Assembly (NCBI GenBank): GCA_031441465.1
Contig: JANOEP010000064.1
Location: forward strand, 1-63,032
Reading direction: 5' to 3'
Length of the DNA: 63,032 nt
From: a bacterium
GTDB lineage: Bacteria; Krumholzibacteriota; Krumholzibacteriia; LZORAL124-64-63
Every line of letters begins with the position of its first letter. Position 1 is the first letter of the stretch. Of the stretch, positions 36,155 through 46,443 are shown one piece after another. The translations under genes were made by a program, and so were the position numbers. The notes under the pieces are model-generated. The model did no database searches, was not told the origin of the DNA, and saw nothing but the letters and a program-made list of their open reading frames with translations.

Positions 36155-37639
36155 TCAGGGACGGAGGGCGACCTGTTTCCCGAGCCGCGCCAGGCTCAAC
36201 CGCCCCTGGTGGGCGAAGTCGATCGCCTCGCCGAGGATCCTGGCTGCTTCCTGGGGGGCGTGGAAGCCCATCGAGTTCTCGGCGTTGATGAAGTCCACCC
36301 GGAACTGCGCCTTGCGCTGCAGCGCGCGGGCTTCCTGCAACTGGGCGTCGGTGGCGCCGGCGGCGATGGCCTGTTCGGTCTCGGCGATCAGGGCGACGAC
36401 GGCGTCCATGGCGCGGTCCATCAACTTCTTGGTGCGGTCCTGGATGGTGTGCACCCGCGCGACCAGCTCCTGCTCGCTGTCGCGGTGGCAGACCTGGCAG
36501 GCCTTCGCGGAATTCAGCAGGGGGCTGCGCACGTGGTGGTCGCTGACCTTGAGCGCGCCTTCGCGCAGGTAGGGCATGTGGCAGTCCGCGCAGGCGACGC
36601 CGGCGCGGGCGTGGATGCCCTGGCTCCACAGCTCGAACTCGGGGTGCTGGGCCTTGACGACCGCGGCGCCGGTCGTCTTGTGCTTCCAGTCCATGAACGG
36701 GGAGCCGTCGGGGAAGGTGTAATCGTCGTAGACCGCCTCGATGTCCTCGACCTGCAGGCCTTTGCTCCAGGGGAAGAACAGGGTGGCCTTCGCGGCGCAG
36801 TAGTACTCCACGTGGCACTGCGCGCAGGCCAGCGACCGCAGCTCCTGCCGGCTGGCCAGCGTGTTCGGGTTGTACGGCGTCAGACGGTTGCCGGTGCGCC
36901 ACTTCTCGACCGAGGCGAGGTGCGGCACGGGGTCGTCGCTGGCGGCCAGCGCGGCGAGGCCGATGAGCAGGCCGGGACGCGTGATGCGCAGCTGCATCGA
37001 TTCGGGGTCGTGGCAATCCAGGCAGGTGACCGGGTGCTCCACCTTGGCCGCCGCCTCGGCGTAGGGCAGGGCGGACACGAGCGGGAAACCGGTCAGCAGC
37101 TGCCGCTGGCCGTTGTCGCCGAGCAGGGGGTCGTCCAGCGTGCCGGGCGCGCCGGCGGCCAGGCCGGCCTCGCGGTAGGCGACCGTGATCGAGGCGTGGC
37201 AGTGCAGGCAGGCGCCGACCTGGGGCTTCTGCAGGACGCGCTCGGTCTCCTGCTGGTCGTGCAGCATGTAGGCGTGGCCGCGCTCCTCGCGGAAGTCGAT
37301 GGCGAAGGCGTAGCCGTTCCACATGGTCTTCAGGCGCGGGTCCTGCTCGATCCGGCTGGTCGATTTGTGGATGCTGTCGCGGCCCACGGCGAAGGGGTCG
37401 GCCTCGCTGCCGCCGTAGCGCGTGCGCTCCATGTCCACGGTGCGCCGGTAGCTGTCGTACTGGCGGGGGAAGTTCCGGCCCCACACGGCCGGGTCGGTGG
37501 TCTGCTCGTCGACGTCGGCGACCTTGAAGACCGTCGTCTTCGCCTCGGTCTTGCGCTCGGCGATGTTGTCCCGCAGAGCGAAGAGGGCGACGACGGCCAG
37601 CGCCGTCACGACCGCGACCAGGACATAGCGGATCTTCAT
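36155..37639 (-). CDS. nrfA: Ammonia-forming pentaheme cytochrome c nitrite reductase, catalytic subunit
   Basis: Five heme motifs (CLHCH, CLDCH, CAQCHVEYY, CADCHMP, CQVCH); ERGHAYM, KAQHPEFE, ENSMGFHAP. Confidence 0.92.
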   Translation of the reverse strand: MKIRYVLVAVVTALAVVALFALRDNIAERKTEAKTTVFKVADVDEQTTDPAVWGRNFPRQYDSYRRTVDMERTRYGGSEADPFAVGRDSIHKSTSRIEQDPRLKTMWNGYAFAIDFREERGHAYMLHDQQETERVLQKPQVGACLHCHASITVAYREAGLAAGAPGTLDDPLLGDNGQRQLLTGFPLVSALPYAEAAAKVEHPVTCLDCHDPESMQLRITRPGLLIGLAALAASDDPVPHLASVEKWRTGNRLTPYNPNTLASRQELRSLACAQCHVEYYCAAKATLFFPWSKGLQVEDIEAVYDDYTFPDGSPFMDWKHKTTGAAVVKAQHPEFELWSQGIHARAGVACADCHMPYLREGALKVSDHHVRSPLLNSAKACQVCHRDSEQELVARVHTIQDRTKKLMDRAMDAVVALIAETEQAIAAGATDAQLQEARALQRKAQFRVDFINAENSMGFHAPQEAARILGEAIDFAHQGRLSLARLGKQVALRP

Positions 37640-37652
37640 CGTGTTCTCCCTT

Positions 37653-38096
37653 TCAGCGGGCGGGGCCGTGCCCGGACGTGATGTGGCAGCGGATGCAGTC
37701 GAACTGGCTCTCGTCGCGGCCGTGCGCGGCGACGACGTCGCCGACCAGTTCGCGGTGGCACTCCATGCAGTTGTGGTTGAGGGTCCGCCGGTTGTGCGGG
37801 CGGATGCGGATCGGCTCGGGGAAATCCTGTAGCGTGAAGCCCTTGGAGTGCCAGAAGCCGTTTTCCGCCTTCGTGAGGTACTTCGGAAGCAGGCTGTGCG
37901 GGGTGTGGCAGTCGTTGCAGGTGGCCACGGCGTGGTGGCTGGACTTGAGCCAGCTGTCGTACTGGTCGTTCATGACATGGCAGTTCTTGCAGGCCTGCGG
38001 GTCGTTGGAGAGGTAGGCGAAGCCTTCCCCGTAGAGGAAGGTGGAGCCCCCGAGGCCGACCAGCCCGCCCAGCAGGATTGCCAGAATCAGCGCCAT
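37653..38096 (-). CDS. nrfH: Cytochrome c nitrite reductase small subunit (tetraheme NapC/NirT family)
   Basis: TM anchor; YLSNDPQACKNCH, CNDCH, CMECH, CIRCH; directly upstream of nrfA. Confidence 0.92.
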   Translation of the reverse strand: MALILAILLGGLVGLGGSTFLYGEGFAYLSNDPQACKNCHVMNDQYDSWLKSSHHAVATCNDCHTPHSLLPKYLTKAENGFWHSKGFTLQDFPEPIRIRPHNRRTLNHNCMECHRELVGDVVAAHGRDESQFDCIRCHITSGHGPAR

Positions 38097-38314
38097 GTTC
38101 CTCCCGTGCCGGCGCTCAGCGCCGGTGCCGCCGTCCAGATCAAATACTATACCAACTGGTGTAGAATATCACTCTTCCTCGGGAAAGCAAGTAAAAATTA
38201 ACAAACCCCCCGGCGATCCCTCCACACCCGACATGGGGCTGGATTGACAGGTCGGTCACCGGGGAGGGATGATGCTGTCGTCCCGATCGTCACTCCGCAT
38301 CCGACGAGGTTGTC

Positions 38315-38713
38315 ATGAGCCTGCTGCACCACTCCGGCTTGCCTCCGTCCAAGCGCGATCGGACCATCCCCTACACCTACGAGGCGCAGGTCGACCGGCT
38401 GCTCGGTGCTGGATCCGCGCCGCTCGCGGCTTCCTACTTCGCGGACACGCTCTGCGGGTTGGTGGAACTGCTGGCCGAAGAGGGGATCGCGCCGGCGCAG
38501 GCGCGGCTGTTCGCCGTCTACCAGCGGGAGCAGACGGCCCTGGAAGCGGAGCGCTGCCTCGGGGAGAACGGGGACTGGCTGCGGCCGCCGCGACTCTGCC
38601 GCGCTCTCGAGCGGCACTTCCACGCGACCGGCGACGAGCGCTACCGCGGGCACGTTGAGGGCGGGAACTGCGCCTACGATGACCGGGACAAGGCCGGGCA
38701 CGGCCCTTACTGA
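38315..38713 (+). CDS. Hypothetical protein (132 aa)
   Basis: Host-like codon usage, GAGG RBS; conserved-looking Cys/His residues but no recognised family. Confidence 0.6.
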   Translation: MSLLHHSGLPPSKRDRTIPYTYEAQVDRLLGAGSAPLAASYFADTLCGLVELLAEEGIAPAQARLFAVYQREQTALEAERCLGENGDWLRPPRLCRALERHFHATGDERYRGHVEGGNCAYDDRDKAGHGPY

Positions 38714-38753
38714 ATCGGATCGGGCCGGATCGTTCCACGAGGGGGGGGCAACC

Positions 38754-39290
38754 ATGAAACCGAGGTTCATCTTCGCCGCCGCCGCCGTACTCTGGGCGGC
38801 AGGAGCCGCCGCGGCGACGCCGCCGCCGATCTACGATTTCTGCGATTCCGTCGTCGCGGTCGTGTTCGACGAGCTGGGCCATGCCGCCGATGCGGGCGAC
38901 ACGTGCGACGGGTTCAATCTGGTCATCGACCACGCGTGCGGGGAATTCGCGTCGCACAACGGCTGCGAGGACTACTACGCGATCGTCGTGCCGACGGCGC
39001 ATTCCTTCACGGCGATGGTCGTTCCCACGGGTGATGCCGCGCTGATGGTGACCTCCGAGTGCATCGTCTACGGCACGACGTTCACCTGCCTGGCGAACGC
39101 CGACGAATCGGGCCCCGGCGGCTACGAGTCGGTCACCTACGGCAACTGGGGCGATGATCGCACGGTCTACCTCGTCGTCGACAGCCACACCGCGGCAGGC
39201 TGCGGCGCCTACACGCTCGAACTGTCGATCCAGATCGAGGTGGCGGCGGAGCGGGCGAGTTTCGGCGGGATCAAGGCCGCGTACCGCTGA
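38754..39290 (+). CDS. Secreted Cys-rich PPC-like beta-sandwich protein with WGxxK-type tail
   Basis: Signal peptide MKPRFIF..; CLANAD..GYESVTY..VYLVVD..CGAYTL; ends RASFGGIKAAYR. Confidence 0.7.
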   Translation: MKPRFIFAAAAVLWAAGAAAATPPPIYDFCDSVVAVVFDELGHAADAGDTCDGFNLVIDHACGEFASHNGCEDYYAIVVPTAHSFTAMVVPTGDAALMVTSECIVYGTTFTCLANADESGPGGYESVTYGNWGDDRTVYLVVDSHTAAGCGAYTLELSIQIEVAAERASFGGIKAAYR

Positions 39291-39309
39291 TCGCGGCCGG
39301 GCGCACGGG

Positions 39310-40386
39310 TCACACCCGTTCCACGGCCCCCAGCAGGGCGGTCTTGTTGAGTACCTTGATCCCGGAGTACCCGGCGTTGGTGATCTCGCCGATGCTGGTG
39401 ACCCCGAAGATCCGCGGCCCGGCCGCGCCGGCGCCCTCGCAGAAGCCGTCGAGTTCGCGCGCGAAGTCCTCCTCCAGAAACAGCACCCGCGAGATGCAGT
39501 CGAACAGGAAGGCCTGGTCGATGCCGCCGCCGGCGAAGGTGTCGCGCGAAAGGGTCCGCGAGGAGTCCAGCAGTTGCTGGCGGACGCCCCTCATGATGAA
39601 GAGCCCGTCCAGGCGGCGGACCGAGGAGACGATCGTCAGCGATCCGTCGGGATTGGCGCGGATGGGGTCACGTACGACGATTTCGCTGCCCTTGATCGAG
39701 GCGACGCCGAAGGGATAGGACTTGGCCACGGAGAGGAAGTTGTCGGGACGGATGCCGACGCCCTCCTGCTCGGACAGGATCCGCCGGTACACGCCGAACG
39801 CCGGCTCGCCGTTGAGTTCGTGCAGCACGTTGCCCTCGGCGCGGGTCACCACCAGCGGTCCGTGGATCGGCTCCCAGCCGTGACGGGCCGCGGCGCGCAG
39901 GTGCAGGCTGGTACCCACGAGCAGGGCTGCGTCGGCACGGATCCCCGACTTGTCGAAAACGACCGGTCCGGGTGTGAAGTCCTTGGTGCCCACGCCGGTC
40001 CCCAGCACGGTGCGCTCCCGTACGGGACCCTCGAGCGCGACGACGAAGTCGTCGAGGTGGCGGGATAGTCCGTCGGCGAACAGCAGCAGGGACGTGAAGT
40101 CGCGGTGGTCGAACGCGCGCTGGATCGTCGCCGCGTCCGCGGTCATCGGCAGGACCGTGGCGAAGGCGCTGCCGTGAGGCAACGCCAGGCAGGCGATGCC
40201 GCTGGCGATCGTGCGGCGGTCGGCGATGAGGTAGGGCACCACGGCGCCGTAGACGGCGTGGCCGTGAAGCACCTCGCGCATCCTGGGCAGCGACGGCGCC
40301 TGGTCCTCCGTGATCAGCAGGACGTAGTCGTGGCCGGGCTTTCCCGCGAGGGATTCGGGTGATAGGTGCAGCGTGACGTCGATCAT
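39310..40386 (-). CDS. FIST signal-transduction domain protein
   Basis: HGWEPI, VTRAEGNVLHELNGEPAF.VY, YPFG, VRDP, FDCISR..FL, SIGEI, NKT. Confidence 0.85.
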   Translation of the reverse strand: MIDVTLHLSPESLAGKPGHDYVLLITEDQAPSLPRMREVLHGHAVYGAVVPYLIADRRTIASGIACLALPHGSAFATVLPMTADAATIQRAFDHRDFTSLLLFADGLSRHLDDFVVALEGPVRERTVLGTGVGTKDFTPGPVVFDKSGIRADAALLVGTSLHLRAAARHGWEPIHGPLVVTRAEGNVLHELNGEPAFGVYRRILSEQEGVGIRPDNFLSVAKSYPFGVASIKGSEIVVRDPIRANPDGSLTIVSSVRRLDGLFIMRGVRQQLLDSSRTLSRDTFAGGGIDQAFLFDCISRVLFLEEDFARELDGFCEGAGAAGPRIFGVTSIGEITNAGYSGIKVLNKTALLGAVERV

Positions 40387-41048
40387 CGGACCTCCTGGGC
40401 CGCCGGGTGATACCGGGGCAGCCCCAGTACGCGCCGGATCTCCGCCTGGACCTCCGCGACCGGCAGCGTGCCGTCGACCCGCACGACCAGTTCCTTGCGG
40501 GCGAACAGGTCCAGCGCCGGTTTGGTCACGGAGTGGAAGTCGGCCAGCCGGGCCCGCAGGGCGGTCTCGGTGTCGTCGGGTCGCGCGACCAGGCTGCCGC
40601 CGCACACGTCGCACCGGTCGGCGACGGCGGGGCGGTGGTGGATCAGGTTGTAGTCCAGCCCGCAGCCGCTGCACAGGCGCCGCGACATCACCCGCTCCAG
40701 CACCACCTGGTCGGGCACCTGGATGTCGATCACCGCGTCGATGTCGAACCGCTCCAGGAAGAATTCGGCCTGCGTGCGGTTGCGCGGGAATCCGTCCAGG
40801 ATGAAGCCGTAGTTCCAGTCGTGCTCGTCGAGCCGGGCGTGGATGATGTCGGCCACGATCTCGTCGGACACCAGTTTCCCGTCGGCGACGATCCGCTTGA
40901 TGCGCGCGGCGAGCTTGGTGTGTTGCTGGATGTTCCAGCGGAAGATGTCCCCGACGCTGATGTGGGCGAGGTCGAGGTCCTGCGCCAGCAGCTTGGCTTG
41001 CGTGCCCTTGCCGCAGCCCTGGACGCCCATGATCACGTACTTGTGCAT
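40383..41048 (-). CDS. adk: Adenylate kinase (zinc-lid type)
   Basis: GVQGCGKGTQA P-loop, HISVGDIFR, GFILDGFPR, CxxC..CxxC lid, RPDD. Confidence 0.9.
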   Translation of the reverse strand: MHKYVIMGVQGCGKGTQAKLLAQDLDLAHISVGDIFRWNIQQHTKLAARIKRIVADGKLVSDEIVADIIHARLDEHDWNYGFILDGFPRNRTQAEFFLERFDIDAVIDIQVPDQVVLERVMSRRLCSGCGLDYNLIHHRPAVADRCDVCGGSLVARPDDTETALRARLADFHSVTKPALDLFARKELVVRVDGTLPVAEVQAEIRRVLGLPRYHPAAQEVR

Positions 41049-41223
41049 CGCAGTGCTCCCTGCCGAGACGGCTCTGGAACGGGACCGGTTCGTACGTTGC
41101 TTCGACCGAGGATGCCGCCACTGTGGCTTTTTTTCCATGCCCGACCGCTGCGGCCCGCTTTTCCTTGACGGACTGAGCCTCGATGGCGCACGATCCGGCC
41201 GGATATCTACCAGGAGGTCAAGG

Positions 41224-43596
41224 ATGACCCGCCGTAGCCTGCTGCTCGCCTGCCTTGCCGGCGCCCTCGGCGCCGGAATCGCGCAAGCCCAGGACGCTCA
41301 ACACGTCAGCGAACTCGCCCACTGGTTCAACGGTCCGTGCCGGGTCGTGCGGCTCGCGGACGGGATCGTCCACGTGGGCAACGGGTCGGCGCTCGACCTC
41401 GCGGATCTCAACGACGGCGGCGCGCCGCGGCCGTTGGGCAAGGTCGCGTTGCCGGCGACGGTGGAGGACCTGGCCGTCGACGCCGGGCTGATCGTGGTCG
41501 CGCTCGGGACAGCCGGCATGTGCGTGATCGATGCGAGCGATCCGGGCGAGCCGCACATCGTCGGCACATTTGTCGAGACCGGCGGCGACGTGCGCGGCGT
41601 GGCGCTGGGAGGCGGCGTGGCCTACCTGGCCGATCTGGCCCTCGGCCTGCGCGTGGTGAGCCTGGCGGATCCCGCGTCCCCGGCCCTGATCGGCGGCCTC
41701 GACCCCGACGACGACCTGTCGCGTCTGGTCCTGAGCGGCAGCACGCTCTACCTGTGCGACTTTTCCGGCGATCTGCGCGTGATCGACGTGTCGTCGCCCG
41801 CGCACCCGGTCCAGCTCGGCTACTTCGGCTCCTGGGGCGGCGTCTACGGCGTGGCCGTGTCCGGCACCCACGCCTACCTGGCCGACGGCGTGCTGGGCCT
41901 GCGGGTCGTCGACGTCGCGGACCCGGCGCATCCCCGCGAGGTCGGTTCCCTGGACACGACCGGTTGGGCCTACGGCGTCGCGGTCGACGCGGGCAAGGCG
42001 TACGTGGCCGACGGCACGGCCGGGCTGCGCATCATCGACGTCACCACGCCGGCTGCCCCGGTCCAGCTGGCCGTCATGGACACCGAGGGCCACGCCTGGA
42101 ACGTCGCCGCCGCGGGCGGCCGGGCCTACGTGGCGGACTCCTGGCCCGGGCTGCGGATCGTCGACGTGTCTTCACCGGCGGCGCCCACCGAAGTCGGCGG
42201 GTACCTCATGCGGGGCAATGCCGTGGCGACGGCGCGCCGCGACAGCCTCATCGCCGTCGCCGACCTCGAGCACGGTCTGCGCCTGCTCGTGCTGCGCGAC
42301 GGCTCGCGCCTGTTCGAGGTCGCATCGGTGGAACTGGGCGCGCCGGTGGCCGACGTGGCCATCCGCGGCACCCAGGTGTACGCCGCGGTGCGCAACTCGG
42401 GCCTGGCGGTGGTCGATGCGGGCCTGCCCTCGGCGCCGGTCGTCTCCGGCGTCTACGACACCGGCGGGGACGCGCGCGCCCTGGCCCTGGAGGGCGGCCG
42501 CCTCTACGTCGCGGCGGGGACCGGCGGCTTGCGGGTGCTGGACGTGGCCAACCCGGCCGCACCCTTCGAGATCGGCCAGGCGAACCCGCCCGGTGCCGCG
42601 GTGGATGTCGTGGCCGACGGCGACGACGTCGTCGTGGCGGTCGCGTCCGTGGGGCTGGTCTCCTACGACCTGCTCAATCCGGGTGCACCGGCGCCGCGCG
42701 ACACGCTGGCGCTGACCGGAGAGACGCTGGCGGTCGCGCGCTCCGGCCAAGCGATCTTCGTCGCGGCCGGGGCGGCCGGCGTGCGCGTGGTCGACGGGAC
42801 GGACGGTGCCGCGCTGGCCCTGCACCACACCGTCGCCCTGCCCGGCTACGTGCAGGGGCTGGGCGTCGCCGACGGTCATCTCTACGCCGCCGCCGGCAGC
42901 GCGGGCCTCCGGGTCCTGGACGTCGGCGTCGTGCTCGATCCCTACCAGGTCGGTTGGTTCGCGACCGCGTACGCGGCCGGGGTCGCGCCCGACGGCCGCG
43001 ACGTCGTGCTGGCCGACGGTTACGACGGCGTGCGGCTGCTGCGCAACGCCCTGGTCGTGCCGTCGGTGGTGGAGGAGTTCGCGGCGGTCTGGGAAGAAGG
43101 CGTCGCGTGCGTGAGCTGGCGGTTGCGCGGCCTGCCGCCGGGCGGGGACCTGCGCCTGATGCGCCACGACCCCGACGGCGGCGACCGCGATCTGGGCCCG
43201 CCGGCGGATCCCGCGGACGGCCGCCTGCGCGATGCGGCGGCGCCGCGGCGGGGGGCCGTCTATCGGCTGGCCGACGGGCCGCTGATCCTGGCCGAGGCCG
43301 TGCTGACGCCGGCGCCCGTCCTGAACCTCGGTCTGGCCGCCGCCCCGAACCCGTTCAACCCGCGGCTCGCGATCCGCTACGAGTTGCCCGCGCCAGGCCC
43401 CACGCTCCTGACCGCATACGACCTGCGCGGCCGCCGCGTCGCCGTGTTGATGGACGGCGAACAGCCGGCCGGCGCCGGCGTCGCGATCTGGGAGGGCCGG
43501 GACGATGCGGGCCGTCCGCTCCCTTCGGGCACATACATGCTGCGCCTGGAACACGCCGGACGCGTGCGCTCGCTCGCCGTCCGACTCGTGCGCTGA
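41224..43596 (+). CDS. Secreted LVIVD-repeat beta-propeller protein with FlgD-Ig/T9SS-like CTD
   Basis: Signal peptide; many AYxAD..GLRVVDVxxP repeats; PNPFNPR..WEGRDDAGR.LPSGTY tail. Confidence 0.85.
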   Translation: MTRRSLLLACLAGALGAGIAQAQDAQHVSELAHWFNGPCRVVRLADGIVHVGNGSALDLADLNDGGAPRPLGKVALPATVEDLAVDAGLIVVALGTAGMCVIDASDPGEPHIVGTFVETGGDVRGVALGGGVAYLADLALGLRVVSLADPASPALIGGLDPDDDLSRLVLSGSTLYLCDFSGDLRVIDVSSPAHPVQLGYFGSWGGVYGVAVSGTHAYLADGVLGLRVVDVADPAHPREVGSLDTTGWAYGVAVDAGKAYVADGTAGLRIIDVTTPAAPVQLAVMDTEGHAWNVAAAGGRAYVADSWPGLRIVDVSSPAAPTEVGGYLMRGNAVATARRDSLIAVADLEHGLRLLVLRDGSRLFEVASVELGAPVADVAIRGTQVYAAVRNSGLAVVDAGLPSAPVVSGVYDTGGDARALALEGGRLYVAAGTGGLRVLDVANPAAPFEIGQANPPGAAVDVVADGDDVVVAVASVGLVSYDLLNPGAPAPRDTLALTGETLAVARSGQAIFVAAGAAGVRVVDGTDGAALALHHTVALPGYVQGLGVADGHLYAAAGSAGLRVLDVGVVLDPYQVGWFATAYAAGVAPDGRDVVLADGYDGVRLLRNALVVPSVVEEFAAVWEEGVACVSWRLRGLPPGGDLRLMRHDPDGGDRDLGPPADPADGRLRDAAAPRRGAVYRLADGPLILAEAVLTPAPVLNLGLAAAPNPFNPRLAIRYELPAPGPTLLTAYDLRGRRVAVLMDGEQPAGAGVAIWEGRDDAGRPLPSGTYMLRLEHAGRVRSLAVRLVR

Positions 43597-43787
43597 CCGT
43601 TACGCTTCCGGCGACGAAATCATCCCTGCCCCGCCCCATGCCACTGTTCGACTTGGGCCAGCACTTCCTGCCGGGACAGGGGTGTCCTGCAGGCCTTGGA
43701 GCCAGGATGGCGGAAAGGCCGGAAGGCCAAGCGCTCCGGGCACACGAGGTGCCCGGAGCGCGTCCCCTGTCCCGGCAGGAAGTGCGT

Positions 43788-44786
43788 CTACATGCCCCGC
43801 CAGCACTTCTCCGGCTGGGGACGGTTGCCGAGGATCTCCTCGATGCGCTCCAGCACCTCGGGGGTGAGCTTCGCCGCCACTTCCAGCGCCTTCATGTTTT
43901 CGGTCACCTGCTCGGGGCGCGAGGCCCCGGTGATCACCGTGCTGACGTCCTCGTTGGACAGGCACCAGGCGATGGCGAGCTGGGCCATGGTGCAGTCCAG
44001 CTCCCGCGCCAGGGGCGCCAGCAGCTTGACCTTCGCGATCTTCTGGCGGCCCTCCTCGCCGTCGAGGTGGGGGCGCAGCCACTGGTAGTTCGGCAGGGAC
44101 ATGCGCGAGCCCTCGGGGATGCCGTCGTTGTACTTGCCGGTCAGGATCCCGCTGGCCAGCGGCGACCAGATCGTCGTGCCCAGGCCGATCTCCTCGTAAA
44201 GCGGCGCGTACTCGACCTCGACGCGATGACGGTGCAGCATGTGGTACTGCGGCTGCTCCATGGTCGGCGGGATCAGGTGCTCGGCGCGCGCGACGTCGTA
44301 GGCGCGGCGGATCTGCTCGGCGCTCCATTCGCTGGTGCCCCAGTAGAACGCCCGGCCGCTGTCCACGACCCGGTGCATGGCCCGCACGGTCTCCTCGATC
44401 GGCGTCTCGATGTCGGGGCGGTGACAGAAGATGAGGTCCACGTAGTCCAGGCCCAGGCGCCGCAGCGCGGCGTCGGTGCCCTCCAGGATGTGCTTGCGCG
44501 ACAGGCCGCGGTCGTTCGGTCCCTGGCCGCCCCAGAAGATCTTGGTGGAGATGACCAGGTCGCTGCGCTTCCAGCCCGCGCGGCGCAGGACTTCGCCCAT
44601 GATCTCCTCGGAACGCCCGGCGGCGTAGACCTCGGCGTTGTCGAAGAAGTTCACGCCGGCGTCGACGGCGGCCTTCATGCAGGCGTGGGCGTTGTCGACG
44701 TCCATCTGGTCGCCGAAGGTCACCCACGAGCCGAACGAGAGGGCCGAGACCTTGAGGCCCGACTTGCCGAGAAATCTGTACTCCAT
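43788..44786 (-). CDS. Aldo/keto reductase (Kv-beta/AKR6-like)
   Basis: [50 protein letters not shown]. Confidence 0.92.
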   Translation of the reverse strand: MEYRFLGKSGLKVSALSFGSWVTFGDQMDVDNAHACMKAAVDAGVNFFDNAEVYAAGRSEEIMGEVLRRAGWKRSDLVISTKIFWGGQGPNDRGLSRKHILEGTDAALRRLGLDYVDLIFCHRPDIETPIEETVRAMHRVVDSGRAFYWGTSEWSAEQIRRAYDVARAEHLIPPTMEQPQYHMLHRHRVEVEYAPLYEEIGLGTTIWSPLASGILTGKYNDGIPEGSRMSLPNYQWLRPHLDGEEGRQKIAKVKLLAPLARELDCTMAQLAIAWCLSNEDVSTVITGASRPEQVTENMKALEVAAKLTPEVLERIEEILGNRPQPEKCWRGM

Positions 44787-44828
44787 CGTTCCCTCCTACG
44801 GGATTGGTGTCGGATCGTTCGCGTTCGG

Positions 44829-45674
44829 TCAGGCTCGCCGCCTGAGGGCGGCGGCGGCGGCGCTGGCCAACACGTAGACCAGCGCCGCCAGGAGAATCGT
44901 CACCGCGCCGGCCGGCAGGTCGGCGGCGTAGGCCAGCGCCAGGCCGGCCGTCGTCAGCACCGAGCTGAGGGCGGCGGCCAGCAGCATCATCTGCCACAGC
45001 CGCCGCGAGAAGCGCCCCACGGTCGAGACCGGCAGGGAGATCAGCGCGATCACCAGCACCACGCCGACCACGTAGATCAGCGTCACGATGGTCAACGCCA
45101 CCAGCAGCAGCAACAGCGTGAACACGGCGTCGGTGCGCACGCCCCGCAGCCGCGCGAATTCCTCGTCGTAGCAGACCGCCAGCAGCGGGTCGTAGAACAG
45201 CGCGACCACCAGCAGGATCACCCCGTCCAGCAGCAGCAGCAGGCGCAGGGTCTCGGGGTCCACCATGACGATGTTGCCGAACAGGTAGGTCATCAGGTCG
45301 GCCTTGTAGCCCGGTGTCAGGAACAGGAACAGCACTCCGACCGCCATGCCGACGGCCCACAGGGCCGAGATGACCGTGTCCTCGCGGTCGCCGCCGCGGG
45401 TGCGCGCCACGCCGATGATCACCGCGCCGAGCAGCGCCGCGAACACCGCCCCGTGCAGGGGCGTCAGCCAGGGCCAGCCGTGCACCGTGCGCAGCCAGAT
45501 CGCCAGGCCCATCCCGCCCAGCACGGCGTGGGCGAGGCTGCCGGCGATGCCGGTGATGCGGCGCGTCACGACGTAGGTCCCCACCACGCCGCTCGCGATG
45601 CTCGCCAGCACGCCGGCCAGCAGCGCGTGGCGCAGGAAGGCGTGGCGGCCCAGGGCGTCGAGGAACTCAATCAT
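44829..45674 (-). CDS. znuB: Zn/Mn ABC transporter permease
   Basis: GSLAHAVLGG, YLFGNI, DEEFARLRGV; multiple TM helices. Confidence 0.88.
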   Translation of the reverse strand: MIEFLDALGRHAFLRHALLAGVLASIASGVVGTYVVTRRITGIAGSLAHAVLGGMGLAIWLRTVHGWPWLTPLHGAVFAALLGAVIIGVARTRGGDREDTVISALWAVGMAVGVLFLFLTPGYKADLMTYLFGNIVMVDPETLRLLLLLDGVILLVVALFYDPLLAVCYDEEFARLRGVRTDAVFTLLLLLVALTIVTLIYVVGVVLVIALISLPVSTVGRFSRRLWQMMLLAAALSSVLTTAGLALAYAADLPAGAVTILLAALVYVLASAAAAALRRRA

Positions 45675-46443
45675 GGCAGGCGCCGCCGGCGGGGGGGTGG
45701 TTGGTGTGGTCGTGGTCGTGGCGGACCAGGCGCAGGTCCTCGCGGGCGTCGAAGAGCAGGGACAGCTCCCGGGGGATCTCGGTCACGCAGTGCTCCACGC
45801 AGGTGCGGTTGACGCAGAGGACGCGGTTCACGAAGCGCGAGACCATGCTCACGTCGTGGGAGACCATCAGGATCGTGCGCGTGGCGTTCAGCCGGTTGAG
45901 CAGGGCGTAAAGGTCGTCCTGGACCGCCGGGTCGAGGCTGGCGGTGGGCTCGTCCAGCAGCAGGATCTCCGGCTCGCCGGCCAGGGCGCGGGCGATCAGC
46001 ACCTTCTGGCGCTGGCCTCCGGACAGCTCGGAGAAGGGCCGGTCGCGCAGGTCGGCGGCGCCGGTCGCCTCGAGGGCGGCCAGGGCGGCCGCGCGGTCGC
46101 GTCGGCGGTAGGGTCCCAGGGTCGGGCGCAGGCCCAGCCGGCCCATGAGGGTCACATCCATGACGGTGACCGGGAAGCGCGGGTCCAGCTCGACGCGCTG
46201 GGGCATGTAACCCAGCTTCAGGCGCGTCTTCGACGGCGGGCCGCCGAACACCTCGACCGTGCCCCGTCGCGGCGAGAGCAGGCCGAGCAGCAGCTTCAGC
46301 AGGGTCGACTTGCCGCCGCCGTTGGGTCCGATGACCGAGACGAAGTCCAACACGTTGACGTCGAAGTGCACGTCCTGCAGCACGGGTTGGCGACCGTAGG
46401 CGAAGTCCAGGTCGCGGACGCGGATCGCCGGGGCGGCGCTCAT
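45667..46443 (-). CDS. znuC: Zn/Mn ABC transporter ATP-binding protein
   Basis: GPNGGGKST, LSGGQRQ, LDEPT, SHD, His-rich tail. Confidence 0.9.
   Translation of the reverse strand: MSAAPAIRVRDLDFAYGRQPVLQDVHFDVNVLDFVSVIGPNGGGKSTLLKLLLGLLSPRRGTVEVFGGPPSKTRLKLGYMPQRVELDPRFPVTVMDVTLMGRLGLRPTLGPYRRRDRAAALAALEATGAADLRDRPFSELSGGQRQKVLIARALAGEPEILLLDEPTASLDPAVQDDLYALLNRLNATRTILMVSHDVSMVSRFVNRVLCVNRTCVEHCVTEIPRELSLLFDAREDLRLVRHDHDHTNHPPAGGACHD

Noticed and set aside
41337..45812. Very long alternative-frame ORFs (e.g. 1491 aa here; also 5595-8246, 50015-52339, 52746-54599)
   Set aside because: Low-complexity shadow frames overlapping well-supported genes; expected in high-GC DNA.
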